64,000 bases of DNA. Source: Bacteroidales bacterium. GTDB taxonomy: Bacteria; Bacteroidota; Bacteroidia; Bacteroidales; UBA12077. Of this stretch, positions 19,464-29,658 are shown one piece after another; position 1 is the first letter of the stretch, and each line of letters starts with the position of its first letter. The notes beneath the pieces are model-generated. The model searched no databases, was not told the DNA's origin, and was given only the letters and a program-made list of their open reading frames with translations. The stretch spans positions 15,226-79,225 of the forward strand of contig JANQHR010000049.1 in the NCBI GenBank assembly GCA_028282585.1, written 5' to 3'. The position numbers were made by a program, and so were the translations under genes.

Positions 19464-20825
19464 TTAATTGGTTACATTTATTTTCAATGTAAAAATTGTT
19501 TCATGTTCTGTTGATTTTGTTAAAACTAAGGTACCACCCTGAACATTAGCCAATTGTCTTGATAAACTAAGTCCAATCCCGGTACCTTGTTTATAGGTGG
19601 TATAAAAAGGAACAAAAATCTTATCCTGAATACTACGAGGAATACCTTTCCCATTATCAATAATATTTATATAAACATTAGTATTATCCTTCCATGATGA
19701 TATATTTATTAGTGGCTTTGAGGTATCCTTCAGAGCTTCAAAAGAGTTTTTAATTAAGTTAATCAGTATTTGCTCAGTCATTCCTCTATCTACATATGCT
19801 TCCATACTGTATAATGTTTTATTCGCTAACTCTATTCCTTTCTTTTTTGCTTCTTCTTTTAATAATAAGATAATATTATTAATTAATTGATTAATGTTTA
19901 CATTTTTAAATTCGGGATGAGGAATTAAAGTAAGATTTCTAAAATGCTTAACAAAATGAAGCATTCCATCACTTCTTTCTTTTATAATTTTAATCCCTTT
20001 TACTGCATCACCTAAAATTTCCGGTTTAATTAATTCAACGCTAACAGGCTCTTTACTTTTATCTGACAGCAATTCTAAAATTGTTGATATCGAAGAATTA
20101 ATTGGTCCAACAGAATTCATTAATTCATGTGTAAGAACTCGTATTAATTTCTGCCAACCTTCCATCTCTATCTTGTCTAATTCTCCTCTGATATTTTGAA
20201 AGGAAACAATCTTTATTTCTTCATCCGGGAATTTTAAAAATGCAGCTCTTAATGATAAATGTTGCAAATAACTATCATGATAAAAACTTAGCATTTTTGA
20301 TTCTTCAGGTTTAATCTTTTCTAAAGTATTTGCAAATGAAGAATCTATTTTATGAATATCAACAATATTATTTACGTTTCCTTTGCCTAAAATTTTTCTT
20401 GCTGCAGAGTTTTTCAGGGTGATTTTTCCCTTATTATCAATTGTAATAATTCCAATGTTGATATGTTCAAAAAGCGTTGTGAGATAAACGTTTTTTTGTA
20501 AGCTATCTACCCTTAGTTCCTGAACATGTTTAATTAATTTGTCGAATTTATTATAAATGTTACTAAGTTCAGAGTTATCGTTTTTCTTAGAAAAATTAAT
20601 TGTAGTTTCTGTGCTTTCTACAGAATCAAATAAATACTCCAACTCACGATTTAAAGTGTTCTGGCTACGAACAAAGAGAAAGACCTGAATGAAAAGCAGA
20701 AGCGAAAGGTTTATGATAAAAAACCAATCAGGACGAGGTATTGAAACAAATGCAATAATTAAACATGTTATTAATATACCAATGATACGAACCCAGATTT
20801 TAATATAATGTTTTTTTAAAATCAT
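19464..20825 (-). CDS. sensor histidine kinase, paralog of 13500..14825
   Basis: 453 aa. Two N-terminal TM helices joined by PRPDW. H-box LTHELMNSVGPI preceded by EGWQKLIRV (EGWQKLIKV in the paralog); DNGKGI and GTGIGL boxes. Confidence 0.85.
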   Translation of the reverse strand: MILKKHYIKIWVRIIGILITCLIIAFVSIPRPDWFFIINLSLLLFIQVFLFVRSQNTLNRELEYLFDSVESTETTINFSKKNDNSELSNIYNKFDKLIKHVQELRVDSLQKNVYLTTLFEHINIGIITIDNKGKITLKNSAARKILGKGNVNNIVDIHKIDSSFANTLEKIKPEESKMLSFYHDSYLQHLSLRAAFLKFPDEEIKIVSFQNIRGELDKIEMEGWQKLIRVLTHELMNSVGPINSSISTILELLSDKSKEPVSVELIKPEILGDAVKGIKIIKERSDGMLHFVKHFRNLTLIPHPEFKNVNINQLINNIILLLKEEAKKKGIELANKTLYSMEAYVDRGMTEQILINLIKNSFEALKDTSKPLINISSWKDNTNVYINIIDNGKGIPRSIQDKIFVPFYTTYKQGTGIGLSLSRQLANVQGGTLVLTKSTEHETIFTLKINVTN

Positions 20826-20848
20826 TAAATCAAGAATTATTTGAATAG

Positions 20849-22216
20849 TTAAATACCATACTCTTTCATTTTTCGATATAATGTTTGTCTTACTATTCCA
20901 AGTTCTTTTGAAACTGCTGATAAATTTCCTTTATTTCTTTTAATCGCACTTTTTATTATAATTTTTTCTACCTCACTTAACCTTAAAGGCCTGTCAATTA
21001 AATTATCAGTACTACTGGATTTCTGAATTATTAAATCATTTGGTGGGATTATATTCTCTTCGCACATTATTACGGCGCGTTCCACAGCATGGCTAAGTTC
21101 CCTAATATTGCCAGGCCAATGATATTCCATAAGTCTTTCAATTGTGCTCCTGCTAAAAGATAAGTTTTTCTTTCCATATTTTTCCGAATACCTATTTAGA
21201 TAATAATTAGCAATTAAAACAATATCATCGTCCCTTGAACGAAGAGGTGGCAATTCGATCTGAATCGTATTTATCCGATAAAGTAAATCTTCCCGAAACA
21301 TTTTATTTGCTACCATTTCATTCAAATTCCGATTAGTTGCGCAAATAAGTCTTATATCTATCTGTATTGGTTTCGACCCTCCAACCGGCACTAATTCACG
21401 GTTTTGAATAACCGTAAGTAATTTGGCTTGCATGGTTTGCGATAAATTACCGATTTCGTCAAGAAAGAGAGTCCCCCCGTTTGCTAGTATAATTCTTCCA
21501 GATCTGTCTTCTTTTGCATCAGTAAAAGCACCTTTTTTATATCCAAAAAGTTCACTTTCAAAGATCGATTCAGTAATTGTACCCATGTCAATTGACATGA
21601 AAATACCATTTTTACGTTTAGATTGCTTATGGATTTTACGTGCTACCAGCTCTTTTCCTGTACCATTCTCTCCGAGTATAAGAACATTAGCATCAGTTGG
21701 TGCAACTTTTTCAATTGTTCTAAAAACCTCTTGCATTGAAGATGAATGACCGAGTATATCGTGAGTTTTTTTATTGAAGTTTTGTTTTAACTGCTCCTGC
21801 TGTGATTCAAGTAATGAAACTTTTTGCCTTGTTTTACTCAAATCTAAACAATTTATAATAGTTGCGTACAGTTTCTCATTATCCCATGGTTTTAAAATGA
21901 AATCTGAAGCACCCAATTTTAATGTTTCAACTGCCAGTTCAACATCCCCATATGCTGTAATCATTATAACTACTTGATTTGAATTTAATTTTTTAATTTC
22001 TTTTAACCACAATAAACCTTCTTGTCCTAAATTATCAGCATATTCAAAATTCATATCAAGTAATACAATATCAATTTGTTCTTTTTGAAGTAATTGAATA
22101 ATACGGCTTGGATCATTTATAGATATTACTTTTCTTACTTTATACTTTAAAAAAAGAGTTAAAGAATCAATAACACTGGGATTATCATCAACAATTAATA
22201 TGGTTCCGTCAATCAT
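20849..22216 (-). CDS. sigma-54-dependent response regulator, paralog of 14812..16185
   Basis: 455 aa. REC domain (ILIVDDNPSV), GENGTGKE, GAFTDA, LFLDEIGN, HTH VSKELGIVRQTLYRKMKEYGI. Confidence 0.9.
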   Translation of the reverse strand: MIDGTILIVDDNPSVIDSLTLFLKYKVRKVISINDPSRIIQLLQKEQIDIVLLDMNFEYADNLGQEGLLWLKEIKKLNSNQVVIMITAYGDVELAVETLKLGASDFILKPWDNEKLYATIINCLDLSKTRQKVSLLESQQEQLKQNFNKKTHDILGHSSSMQEVFRTIEKVAPTDANVLILGENGTGKELVARKIHKQSKRKNGIFMSIDMGTITESIFESELFGYKKGAFTDAKEDRSGRIILANGGTLFLDEIGNLSQTMQAKLLTVIQNRELVPVGGSKPIQIDIRLICATNRNLNEMVANKMFREDLLYRINTIQIELPPLRSRDDDIVLIANYYLNRYSEKYGKKNLSFSRSTIERLMEYHWPGNIRELSHAVERAVIMCEENIIPPNDLIIQKSSSTDNLIDRPLRLSEVEKIIIKSAIKRNKGNLSAVSKELGIVRQTLYRKMKEYGI

Positions 22217-22274
22217 ATTTTTCTTATAATATGATCAAATGTAGGTAGAAAAAAATAACCGACAAACAAATTGT

Positions 22275-22313
22275 ATGATTTTTAGACACATGCTGGATGA
22301 TTTTTTTACACAT
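22275..22313. promoter_or_regulatory. two direct repeats ATGATTTTTnnACACAT spaced 22 nt (candidate activator sites)
   Basis: ATGATTTTTAGACACAT (22275-22291) and ATGATTTTTTTACACAT (22297-22313), about 65 nt upstream of TGGCAC. Confidence 0.3.
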
Positions 22314-22375
22314 TTTTAGAGGTGAAATTATAGAATTTATGTATATAATTCTGATTTTTTGATCTTTACAACCAT

Positions 22376-22391
22376 TGGCACATAAGTTGAA
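22376..22391 (+). promoter_or_regulatory. sigma-54-like -24/-12 candidate TGGCAC-ATAAG-TTGAA
   Basis: Perfect -24 element TGGCAC with correct spacing to TTG, but the -12 C is replaced by A. It lies 42 nt upstream of ATG 22433 and is preceded by TTTACA. Confidence 0.35.
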
Positions 22392-22432
22392 AATTATTGT
22401 AAAAATTAATACCAATCTAATTACGAGAAATT

Positions 22433-24760
22433 ATGTTTATAAATTATATTATTACAGCATGGAGAAGTTTAATTAAAAACAGGGCTGTATCCATTATCAA
22501 TATAGGAGGTTTAACTATTGGATTAGCTTCAGCTGTTCTGGCTATTTTATTTGCCCAGCATGAGCTAACCTACGAAGAAATGCATGAAAATGCAGATAGA
22601 ACATACCGCGTATATATAAAAGGCGACTTTGAGCAATTCAACTGGATTCCCTACAGTTATGGACCTGATGGACCAACTCTAAAAAATATGTTCCCTGAAA
22701 TTGAAATGTATACTAGATTACAAGAATATTCAGATATTCCTGTAAGAGTTGGCGAGAATATTTTTTATGAAAACTACGTATTTTTAGCTGATTCCAATAT
22801 ATTTAACATTCTAACCTTCTCTTTTATTAATGGTTCTCCTTCAAATGATCTAAACACAGTCGTTATTTCTGAAAGAGTAGCAAAAAGATACTTTGGAGAT
22901 ACAATTCCTATTGGCAATTCAATGACTATAACTTTTCGAGGTCAAAAAAATGAATATGTTATAACAGGCATATTCAAAGAATTTACATCAAATACACATC
23001 TAGGGATAGACATAATCTTACCATTTGATATAATACGCAGGTACGAATGGATTAAACCGGAGGAATATCAAGGGTCTTCATATTTAACCTATTTATTGCT
23101 TAATGAAGGTGTTGATTATAAACAATTAAATCAGAAGATTGAGTCAACATATAAAATTCCAAGTGAGATTGATGATGTAAACGCTTTTTTAATGCCCTTA
23201 AAAGAAATACATATGCACGGGACATTTGGAAATAATAAAGGAAAACTTATTGTTTTTCTAGTAGGAGGTTTATTTGTATTAATTATTACATGTATTAATT
23301 ACGTTAATCTTACTAATATTCTATTCTCAACCAGGAACAAAGAGATAGGTATTCGAAAGGTAGTTGGAGCAAGACAAAAAAATATTATTTTTCAATTTCT
23401 TACTGACACTATTCTTACAACTATTATAGCTTTTAATTTTGCATTAATTATTATTAAGTTAATACTTCCATGGTTTAATTCATTAATGGATACCAATATT
23501 CAATTAGTGTCAAATACAAGTACAATGGTTCTTTTAGTATTAATATTTATAGTAACCATTTTATTTTCTGGTGTATATCCTGCATTACGTTATTCCTTCT
23601 TAAAACCTGTATCATTGATGAAAACCACCACAAATATATTGGGAGGTAAAGGACGTTCCAGATTTATTCTAACAACGTTCCAATTTTTTCTTGCCATAAT
23701 TTTTATTCAGATCATACTTGCAATGAATAAACATGGAAATTTCTTAAATAGCAACGATTTTAAGTTATACAATTCTGATGATGTAATCTGTATTTCAGGA
23801 AAACCCTGGGGAGATCTAACTAAAATTAAAGACGAACTACTAAAAAGTCCTGCTATTGAATATGTTTCATGGGGATCAACTATACCTGAATATGGATTAA
23901 GCTTATCTTCTGATTGGAAAGATAAAGATAATAAAACACTTGCATCAATTTACAGATTTGAAAAAGATTATCTTAATGTATTTAAAATCAAGATGCTTGA
24001 AGGTCGCTTTTTTTCCGATGAGTTCCCTTCAGATCCTGAAAACGCCGTTGTAATTAATAAATTAGCAGCCAATACTCTTGATTATGAGAATCCGGTGGGA
24101 AAAACTGTTTTGATTGGGGAAAAACAGTATAATATTATTGGTATTATTGATAAATACAGAGCTATACCTCCAATTTTTGACCATGTTCCTTTACTAATAA
24201 GAACTGGTTCAAAAACTTCTAATTATCTAATTATAAGAATTAATCCAAAAAATCGTAAAATAGCATATCAATACATTACAAAAACTCTCCAAAGCTTTAA
24301 CGCTGATATTCCAGTTGAATTAAAATATCACAATGATTTATTATACAGCACTACTGAGGCAAAATCATTTATTTCTTCAACTCAATTATTAAGCCTTTTC
24401 TTTTACTTGACTATTATAACTTCTCTTGTTGGTTTGTTCGGACTTTCGTTGTTCATAGCTAAACGTAACAACAGAGTAATTAGTATTCGAAAGGTTTTTG
24501 GTGCTTCAATATCAAATATAATGTTAAGGCTTTCTAAAGGAATAATTATTCAGGTTTTAATTGCCTTTATATTAGCTACTCCTGTTTCAATGATGGCAAT
24601 GACAGGCTATCTTTCTGTTTTCCCAGCAGAATTTAATCTTGGATTACTTACATTTATTATTGGAGGTATAATAGCTATGATTTTAGTACTCTTAACTGTT
24701 GGGTGGCAGACATGGCGGGCTGCTAATGCTAATCCAGCTGAAGCTTTACGAGTTGAATAA
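22433..24760 (+). CDS. duplicated FtsX/MacB-type ABC transporter permease, paralog of 16456..18864
   Basis: 775 aa with the same two-unit FtsX architecture (GIRKVVGAR and SIRKVFGAS motifs). The N-terminus aligns with the paralog (NxxxxAxRxLxxxxxxxxINxxGLTIGL). Confidence 0.85.
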   Translation: MFINYIITAWRSLIKNRAVSIINIGGLTIGLASAVLAILFAQHELTYEEMHENADRTYRVYIKGDFEQFNWIPYSYGPDGPTLKNMFPEIEMYTRLQEYSDIPVRVGENIFYENYVFLADSNIFNILTFSFINGSPSNDLNTVVISERVAKRYFGDTIPIGNSMTITFRGQKNEYVITGIFKEFTSNTHLGIDIILPFDIIRRYEWIKPEEYQGSSYLTYLLLNEGVDYKQLNQKIESTYKIPSEIDDVNAFLMPLKEIHMHGTFGNNKGKLIVFLVGGLFVLIITCINYVNLTNILFSTRNKEIGIRKVVGARQKNIIFQFLTDTILTTIIAFNFALIIIKLILPWFNSLMDTNIQLVSNTSTMVLLVLIFIVTILFSGVYPALRYSFLKPVSLMKTTTNILGGKGRSRFILTTFQFFLAIIFIQIILAMNKHGNFLNSNDFKLYNSDDVICISGKPWGDLTKIKDELLKSPAIEYVSWGSTIPEYGLSLSSDWKDKDNKTLASIYRFEKDYLNVFKIKMLEGRFFSDEFPSDPENAVVINKLAANTLDYENPVGKTVLIGEKQYNIIGIIDKYRAIPPIFDHVPLLIRTGSKTSNYLIIRINPKNRKIAYQYITKTLQSFNADIPVELKYHNDLLYSTTEAKSFISSTQLLSLFFYLTIITSLVGLFGLSLFIAKRNNRVISIRKVFGASISNIMLRLSKGIIIQVLIAFILATPVSMMAMTGYLSVFPAEFNLGLLTFIIGGIIAMILVLLTVGWQTWRAANANPAEALRVE

Positions 24761-24785
24761 TATAAAACTAATAATATTTTTCAAA

Positions 24786-24812
24786 AAAAGCGGTCCAATA
24801 AAGACCGCTTTT
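24786..24812. terminator. bidirectional terminator between convergent genes
   Basis: AAAAGCGGTC-CAATAAA-GACCGCTTTT. Confidence 0.75.
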
Positions 24813-24831
24813 CATATATAGGATTTGTTTA

Positions 24832-25383
24832 TTAGGCTTTTTGCATTTCCTGAACTATTTCTGTACCTCTGTTTACAGCTTTTTCATTAACAGGAATTAA
24901 ATGGTGGTATCGCTCTGGTAATGATTTTTTCAAACCAGCAATCACATTTTCCATTTTAACAATTGGTTTAATCTTTAAGAATCCTCCTAAAACAATCATG
25001 TTGAAAGTCTTAGTGGTCTCCATTTTTGCGGCTTCAGCAGCAGCATCAACACGGTAAATGCTGATATCTTTTCTCTCTGGGTGGCGTGTAATACCATTGC
25101 CATCGTAAATTAACGTACCTCCTGGCTTAACCATACTTTCAAATTTATCCATTGATTGTTGGTTAAGAATAATAGCTGTATCATATTCACTAATGATTGG
25201 TGAACTAATTCTTTCGTCACTTATAATAACAGTAACATTAGCAGTACCACCTCTCATTTCCGGTCCGTAAGAAGGCATCCAGGTTACTTCTTGTCCTTGA
25301 ACAATACCAGAGTAACACATAATCTTACCCATTGAAAGAACTCCCTGTCCACCAAATCCGGCTATAATTATTTCTTCTGTCAT
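24832..25383 (-). CDS. 2-oxoacid:ferredoxin oxidoreductase, gamma subunit
   Basis: 183 aa. IIIAGFGGQGV start typical of POR/VOR/KOR gamma subunits. Last gene of a delta-alpha-beta-gamma set. Confidence 0.85.
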   Translation of the reverse strand: MTEEIIIAGFGGQGVLSMGKIMCYSGIVQGQEVTWMPSYGPEMRGGTANVTVIISDERISSPIISEYDTAIILNQQSMDKFESMVKPGGTLIYDGNGITRHPERKDISIYRVDAAAEAAKMETTKTFNMIVLGGFLKIKPIVKMENVIAGLKKSLPERYHHLIPVNEKAVNRGTEIVQEMQKA

Positions 25384-25449
25384 TTTTCTTAATTTTTTAA
25401 TTTAAAAAATTATCCCAATAGCTCCCGATAATTGTCGGGACGGGAAGGT

Positions 25450-26229
25450 TTATTCCTCAGGAACTTTTATGTCACCCAATGGATAAAATGGGAACATGTT
25501 GTCTACCATCCATTGATTAGCTTGAACAGGAGTCATTTTCCAACCTGAGTTACAATTCGATACTATCTCAACAAAAGAAAGTCCTTTTTGCAGTTTTTGG
25601 TTTTCGAATGCTTTCTTAAGTGCCTTTTTCGCTTTACGTGCAGCAGCAGGTGTATGAACGGCCTGGCGAGTTACATAATATGTTCCTGGTAATTCTGCTA
25701 CTAATTCAGTAATTTTCATTGGTGCACCCATTGAGTGAACTTCCCTCCCATAAGGTGAAGTAGAAGATTTCATTCCTGGTAAAGTAGTTGGAGCCATTTG
25801 TCCACCTGTCATACCATATATACCATTATTTACGAAAATTATTGTAATATTTTCACCTCTGTTACATGCGTGAATAGTTTCAGCCGTACCAATAGCAGCT
25901 AAATCGCCATCACCTTGGTAAGTAAAAACATAATTTTCAGGAAATAATCTTTTAATTGCAGTTGCCAAAGCAGGAGCTCTACCGTGCGCAGCTTGTTGCA
26001 TGTCAATATCCATAAACTCGTAAGCAAGTACAGAACAACCTACAGGAGCTACACCAACTGTTTTATCCTGTGCTTCAAGTTCTTCAACTACCTCCATAAC
26101 TAGGCGGTGCACAGTACCATGACCACAACCAGGACAATAACTTAATGGTTTTTCAGTTAAAAGATCTGTCTTTTTATACACTAAGTTCTCTTCCTTAACT
26201 ATATCTTTATTTATAACATTTTCAGCCAT
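25450..26229 (-). CDS. 2-oxoacid:ferredoxin oxidoreductase, beta (TPP-binding) subunit
   Basis: 259 aa. CPGCGHG cluster/TPP region and the GDGD Mg-TPP motif. Confidence 0.9.
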   Translation of the reverse strand: MAENVINKDIVKEENLVYKKTDLLTEKPLSYCPGCGHGTVHRLVMEVVEELEAQDKTVGVAPVGCSVLAYEFMDIDMQQAAHGRAPALATAIKRLFPENYVFTYQGDGDLAAIGTAETIHACNRGENITIIFVNNGIYGMTGGQMAPTTLPGMKSSTSPYGREVHSMGAPMKITELVAELPGTYYVTRQAVHTPAAARKAKKALKKAFENQKLQKGLSFVEIVSNCNSGWKMTPVQANQWMVDNMFPFYPLGDIKVPEE

Positions 26230-26240
26230 TTTTTATCCTC

Positions 26241-27317
26241 CTATAAAAATTTTTGTTCTAATGCTTCAACCACTTCTTCAGGAGATGGAATAATTCCGCC
26301 CATCCTACCGAAGTGTTCAACAGGAATATTGCATTCAACTGCTAGTTTAATATCCTCAATCATTTGTCCTGCACTCATTTCCACAGAAAGGATACCTTTA
26401 ACTTGCTTGCTTAACTCAAGTAATCTTTTACTTGGGAAAGGGAATAATGTAATTGGACGTAATAAACCAACTTTTAATCCTTTGGCTCTTGCTAATTGAA
26501 CAGATTTTTGGCAAATACGAGAACTTGTTCCATACGCTACAAAAATATATTCAGCATCTTCGGTTTGAATTTCTTCAAAACGAACTTCTTTCTCTTCTAT
26601 TTCTTTATATTTTGCTTGAAGGTGATGATTAAAATCTTCTTGTTGCTGCGGATCAAGGTCCAGGGAAGTTATAATATTTCTCTCTCTGTTAGCATCTTTA
26701 CCTGTAGTTGCCCAAGGGCATCTTTCCTTAACCTGCTCATTACTTAACCTTTGCTTTTGTTCTCCAACTTCAACTTTTTCCATCATCTGGCCAATAGCAC
26801 CATCGGATAATACCATAACCGGAGTTCTGTATTTAAATGCTAAATCAAAACCTGTTTCTACGAAATCGTACATTTCCTGAACAGAGAAAGGTGCTAACAC
26901 AATCATTCTGTAATCGCCATGTCCGCCACCTTTAACAGATTGAAAATAGTCGGACTGAGCTGGCTGTATAGTACCTAAACCAGGCCCTCCTCTAACTACA
27001 TTTAATATTAAACAAGGAAGTTCTGCTCCCGCAATATATGTGATACCTTCTTGCTTTAATGAAATACCAGGGCTCGAAGATGAAGTCATAATCATTTTAC
27101 CAGCACCAGCACCACCATAAACCATATTAATAGCAGCAACTTCACTTTCTGCTTGAAGAACAACCATTCCTGTTCTTTCTTCAGGTTTTTGTAGCATAAG
27201 GTATTCAAGAACTTCTGATTGCGGAGTAATTGGATAACCAAAATACCCATCGACACCTGCACGAATAGCTGCTTCTGCTATCGCTTCGTTGCCTTTCATT
27301 AATCTTAATTCTTTCAT
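26241..27317 (-). CDS. 2-oxoacid:ferredoxin oxidoreductase, alpha subunit
   Basis: 358 aa. GYPITPQSE motif near the N-terminus. Confidence 0.9.
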   Translation of the reverse strand: MKELRLMKGNEAIAEAAIRAGVDGYFGYPITPQSEVLEYLMLQKPEERTGMVVLQAESEVAAINMVYGGAGAGKMIMTSSSSPGISLKQEGITYIAGAELPCLILNVVRGGPGLGTIQPAQSDYFQSVKGGGHGDYRMIVLAPFSVQEMYDFVETGFDLAFKYRTPVMVLSDGAIGQMMEKVEVGEQKQRLSNEQVKERCPWATTGKDANRERNIITSLDLDPQQQEDFNHHLQAKYKEIEEKEVRFEEIQTEDAEYIFVAYGTSSRICQKSVQLARAKGLKVGLLRPITLFPFPSKRLLELSKQVKGILSVEMSAGQMIEDIKLAVECNIPVEHFGRMGGIIPSPEEVVEALEQKFL

Positions 27318-27345
27318 TATTTATAGTTCTTTTAAAAATTTAATA

Positions 27346-27576
27346 CTATTTGTTTACTTTTTTTCTGTAAACTGTAATAACACCGTCCGGGCAAACTATT
27401 GCACAATTGGCACAACCAGTACAATTATCAGGATTTTCCATATATGCATAATGATAGCCTTTACCATTTACATCTTCGGCTAACCGGATAACATCTGTCG
27501 GACATGAAGGCACACAAACTTCGCAGCCTTTACATTTTTCGATGTCAACAATTATTGACCCTTTTACTTTTGCCAT
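27346..27576 (-). CDS. 2-oxoacid:ferredoxin oxidoreductase, delta subunit (2x[4Fe-4S] ferredoxin)
   Basis: 76 aa with CKGCEVCVPSCP and CTGCANCAIVCP. Confidence 0.85.
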   Translation of the reverse strand: MAKVKGSIIVDIEKCKGCEVCVPSCPTDVIRLAEDVNGKGYHYAYMENPDNCTGCANCAIVCPDGVITVYRKKVNK

Positions 27577-27617
27577 TATATTAAAATTTAGTTTTTATTG
27601 TAGTTTTTGAACGCCAC

Positions 27618-27625
27618 CAAAGATA
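27618..27625 (-). promoter_or_regulatory. -7 box TATCTTTG (minus strand) ahead of the OFOR genes
   Basis: TAnnTTTG match about 42 nt upstream of the delta-subunit ATG, inside the 138 nt gap that follows the aminotransferase gene. Confidence 0.3.
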
Positions 27626-27714
27626 ACATTTTTAAGCCAGTTTTCTTGTCCAAAAATCTTTAGGAACGCCTGTTATTCAACAGTTTTATTCATTATTAAC
27701 TTAAGTTTAACAAA

Positions 27715-29043
27715 CTAACTATGATGTTCGTTAAATTCTTTTAATCTTTGCTCCAAATCTTCAAATTGGCTCCTATGAATTTGCGAAACACAAGCCCTCA
27801 AGCCTTCATGTCTTTCACTTCCGGTTGTAGATAAGGATATAGCACTAATTCCATAATATAGTAATTCCTCTAACAAGTCTACTCCATCCATTCCAGGGTA
27901 TGAAAAAGTGAAATAGAATCCATCAGCTAATGGTTCATCTTCATCCATATCGTAAACAATCCGAAAACCATTATCTGTGAACATTTTCTTCATGATCTTG
28001 GCTCTTTCGCCATATTCCTTAACATCTTCAACAAAATTGAAATCTCCATCATTTGCAGCTTTTAACATAGCAGCTAAACCATATTGTGCAGAATGGCTAG
28101 TTCCTGATGATAATGAATAAATGGCTCCATAAACCATTGAATAACCAAATTCATCTGTTTTATAAAACCTTTTTAAATCAGGGAATCTTTTGTTAAACAA
28201 TCCGTTTGAAATGGCCATCATACCAATTCTTTGTCCTGCGTAACTAAACGATTTAGAGCTGGAAATCAATAATATAAAATTATCTGTATATTTTGCAACT
28301 GATGGTTGATATGGTGCCTCTCCGGGTTTTGATAAATCCTTACGGAAATCCATTGCGAAGTATGCTAAATCTTCCATAATGATTATATCATACTTTGTCG
28401 CTAATTCACCAATTATTTGCAATTCTTTTTCCGTAAAACAAATCCAAGATGGATTATTGGGGTTTGAATATAATATTGTTGAAATGTTTCCTTTTTCAAG
28501 ATATTCCTCTAGCTTTGCTTTTAATTTATCTCCACGATAATTGTAAACATCGAAAGTTTCATATTTTAAACCGAGTACCTTGTGCTGCATTTTTTGCACA
28601 GGAAATCCTGGATCGATAAATAAAGTTGTATCCTTATTAACATCTCTTCTACAAGCCACCAAAAAAGAAGCAAAAGCTCCTTGCATGGATCCTACTGTTG
28701 GCAAGCAATTTTTTTCATCAATATCAATATTGATAAAATTCTTTATAAATCGAGATATTTCTTTTTTCAAAATATCAACGCCTTCAATCATCGGGTATTT
28801 TGAAGCTACACCGTTTTTTAAGGCTTCAATTTCACCCTCAATACCTACTTGTGCTGGTGGTAATCCTGGTACTCCCATTTCCATTCGTACATACTTCTCT
28901 CCAGTTTCATTCTCGATTTCATTTACTAAGCGAACAATCTCACGAATAGAAGCCATTCCCACTTTCTCTAATCCACTTTCTCGTAATTTTTTTTGTACAA
29001 CACAAGCGTCAATCGGTGTTTTCTTTATCGTTGTATCATTCAT
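27715..29043 (-). CDS. class I/II PLP-dependent aminotransferase
   Basis: 442 aa. PLP-lysine box SSSKSFSYAGQR and NPNNPS motif. Confidence 0.8.
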   Translation of the reverse strand: MNDTTIKKTPIDACVVQKKLRESGLEKVGMASIREIVRLVNEIENETGEKYVRMEMGVPGLPPAQVGIEGEIEALKNGVASKYPMIEGVDILKKEISRFIKNFINIDIDEKNCLPTVGSMQGAFASFLVACRRDVNKDTTLFIDPGFPVQKMQHKVLGLKYETFDVYNYRGDKLKAKLEEYLEKGNISTILYSNPNNPSWICFTEKELQIIGELATKYDIIIMEDLAYFAMDFRKDLSKPGEAPYQPSVAKYTDNFILLISSSKSFSYAGQRIGMMAISNGLFNKRFPDLKRFYKTDEFGYSMVYGAIYSLSSGTSHSAQYGLAAMLKAANDGDFNFVEDVKEYGERAKIMKKMFTDNGFRIVYDMDEDEPLADGFYFTFSYPGMDGVDLLEELLYYGISAISLSTTGSERHEGLRACVSQIHRSQFEDLEQRLKEFNEHHS

Positions 29044-29074
29044 ATTAAAACGGTTTAAGGGGTGATTTAATGTT

Positions 29075-29596
29075 TTATTTGAATTCTCCTTTTATTTTGT
29101 CAATCCAATTATTAACTCTTTCATCAGTTAATTCCGGCTCAAAATCTTCATTTACTGGTAAACCAATAAACTTTCCATCTATTAAAGCCTTAGATTCTCT
29201 AAAATCATAACCCTGTGTATCAACTTTACCAATAACATTTGCACCTTTTGGTAGTATTTTTTCTGCTACGATTCCAAGTGCATCTACAAAATGAAGGTCA
29301 TAAGTAATTTGATCTCCTAAACCAAACATTGCAATTACTTTATTAGAGTAATCAACTTTGGCAACTTCAGGTAAAAACACATCCCAATCATTTGCAGGCT
29401 TATCAGCATCCCAGGTTTCCTTACCAATTGTTGATATTCCATATATAACATTTTCATATTTTTCAACATCCGAAGCATTTGCTTCCTTCGCCGGAATTAA
29501 ATCGACATTTTCTGTACCTAAAGCGCTTGCTACTTTCTTTGCTACTCTTTCAGTTGAACCCCCCAAAGGGCCATAAAATAATCCTATTTTTTTCAT
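29075..29596 (-). CDS. long-chain flavodoxin
   Basis: 173 aa. KIGLFYGPLGGSTERVAKKVA FMN phosphate loop and FGLGDQ motif. Confidence 0.9.
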   Translation of the reverse strand: MKKIGLFYGPLGGSTERVAKKVASALGTENVDLIPAKEANASDVEKYENVIYGISTIGKETWDADKPANDWDVFLPEVAKVDYSNKVIAMFGLGDQITYDLHFVDALGIVAEKILPKGANVIGKVDTQGYDFRESKALIDGKFIGLPVNEDFEPELTDERVNNWIDKIKGEFK

Positions 29597-29658
29597 CTTA
29601 TCTAGTTTTTATTTTTTCGTTAATTACAAATATAAGTATAGTTTAGGGTAACTAAAAT

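Noticed and set aside
25423-25440. Hairpin TCCCGA-TAATTG-TCGGGA in the 66 nt spacer between the OFOR beta and gamma genes.
   Set aside because: It is a short 6 bp stem inside an operon, most simply an intercistronic mRNA structure. Nothing distinguishes it further.
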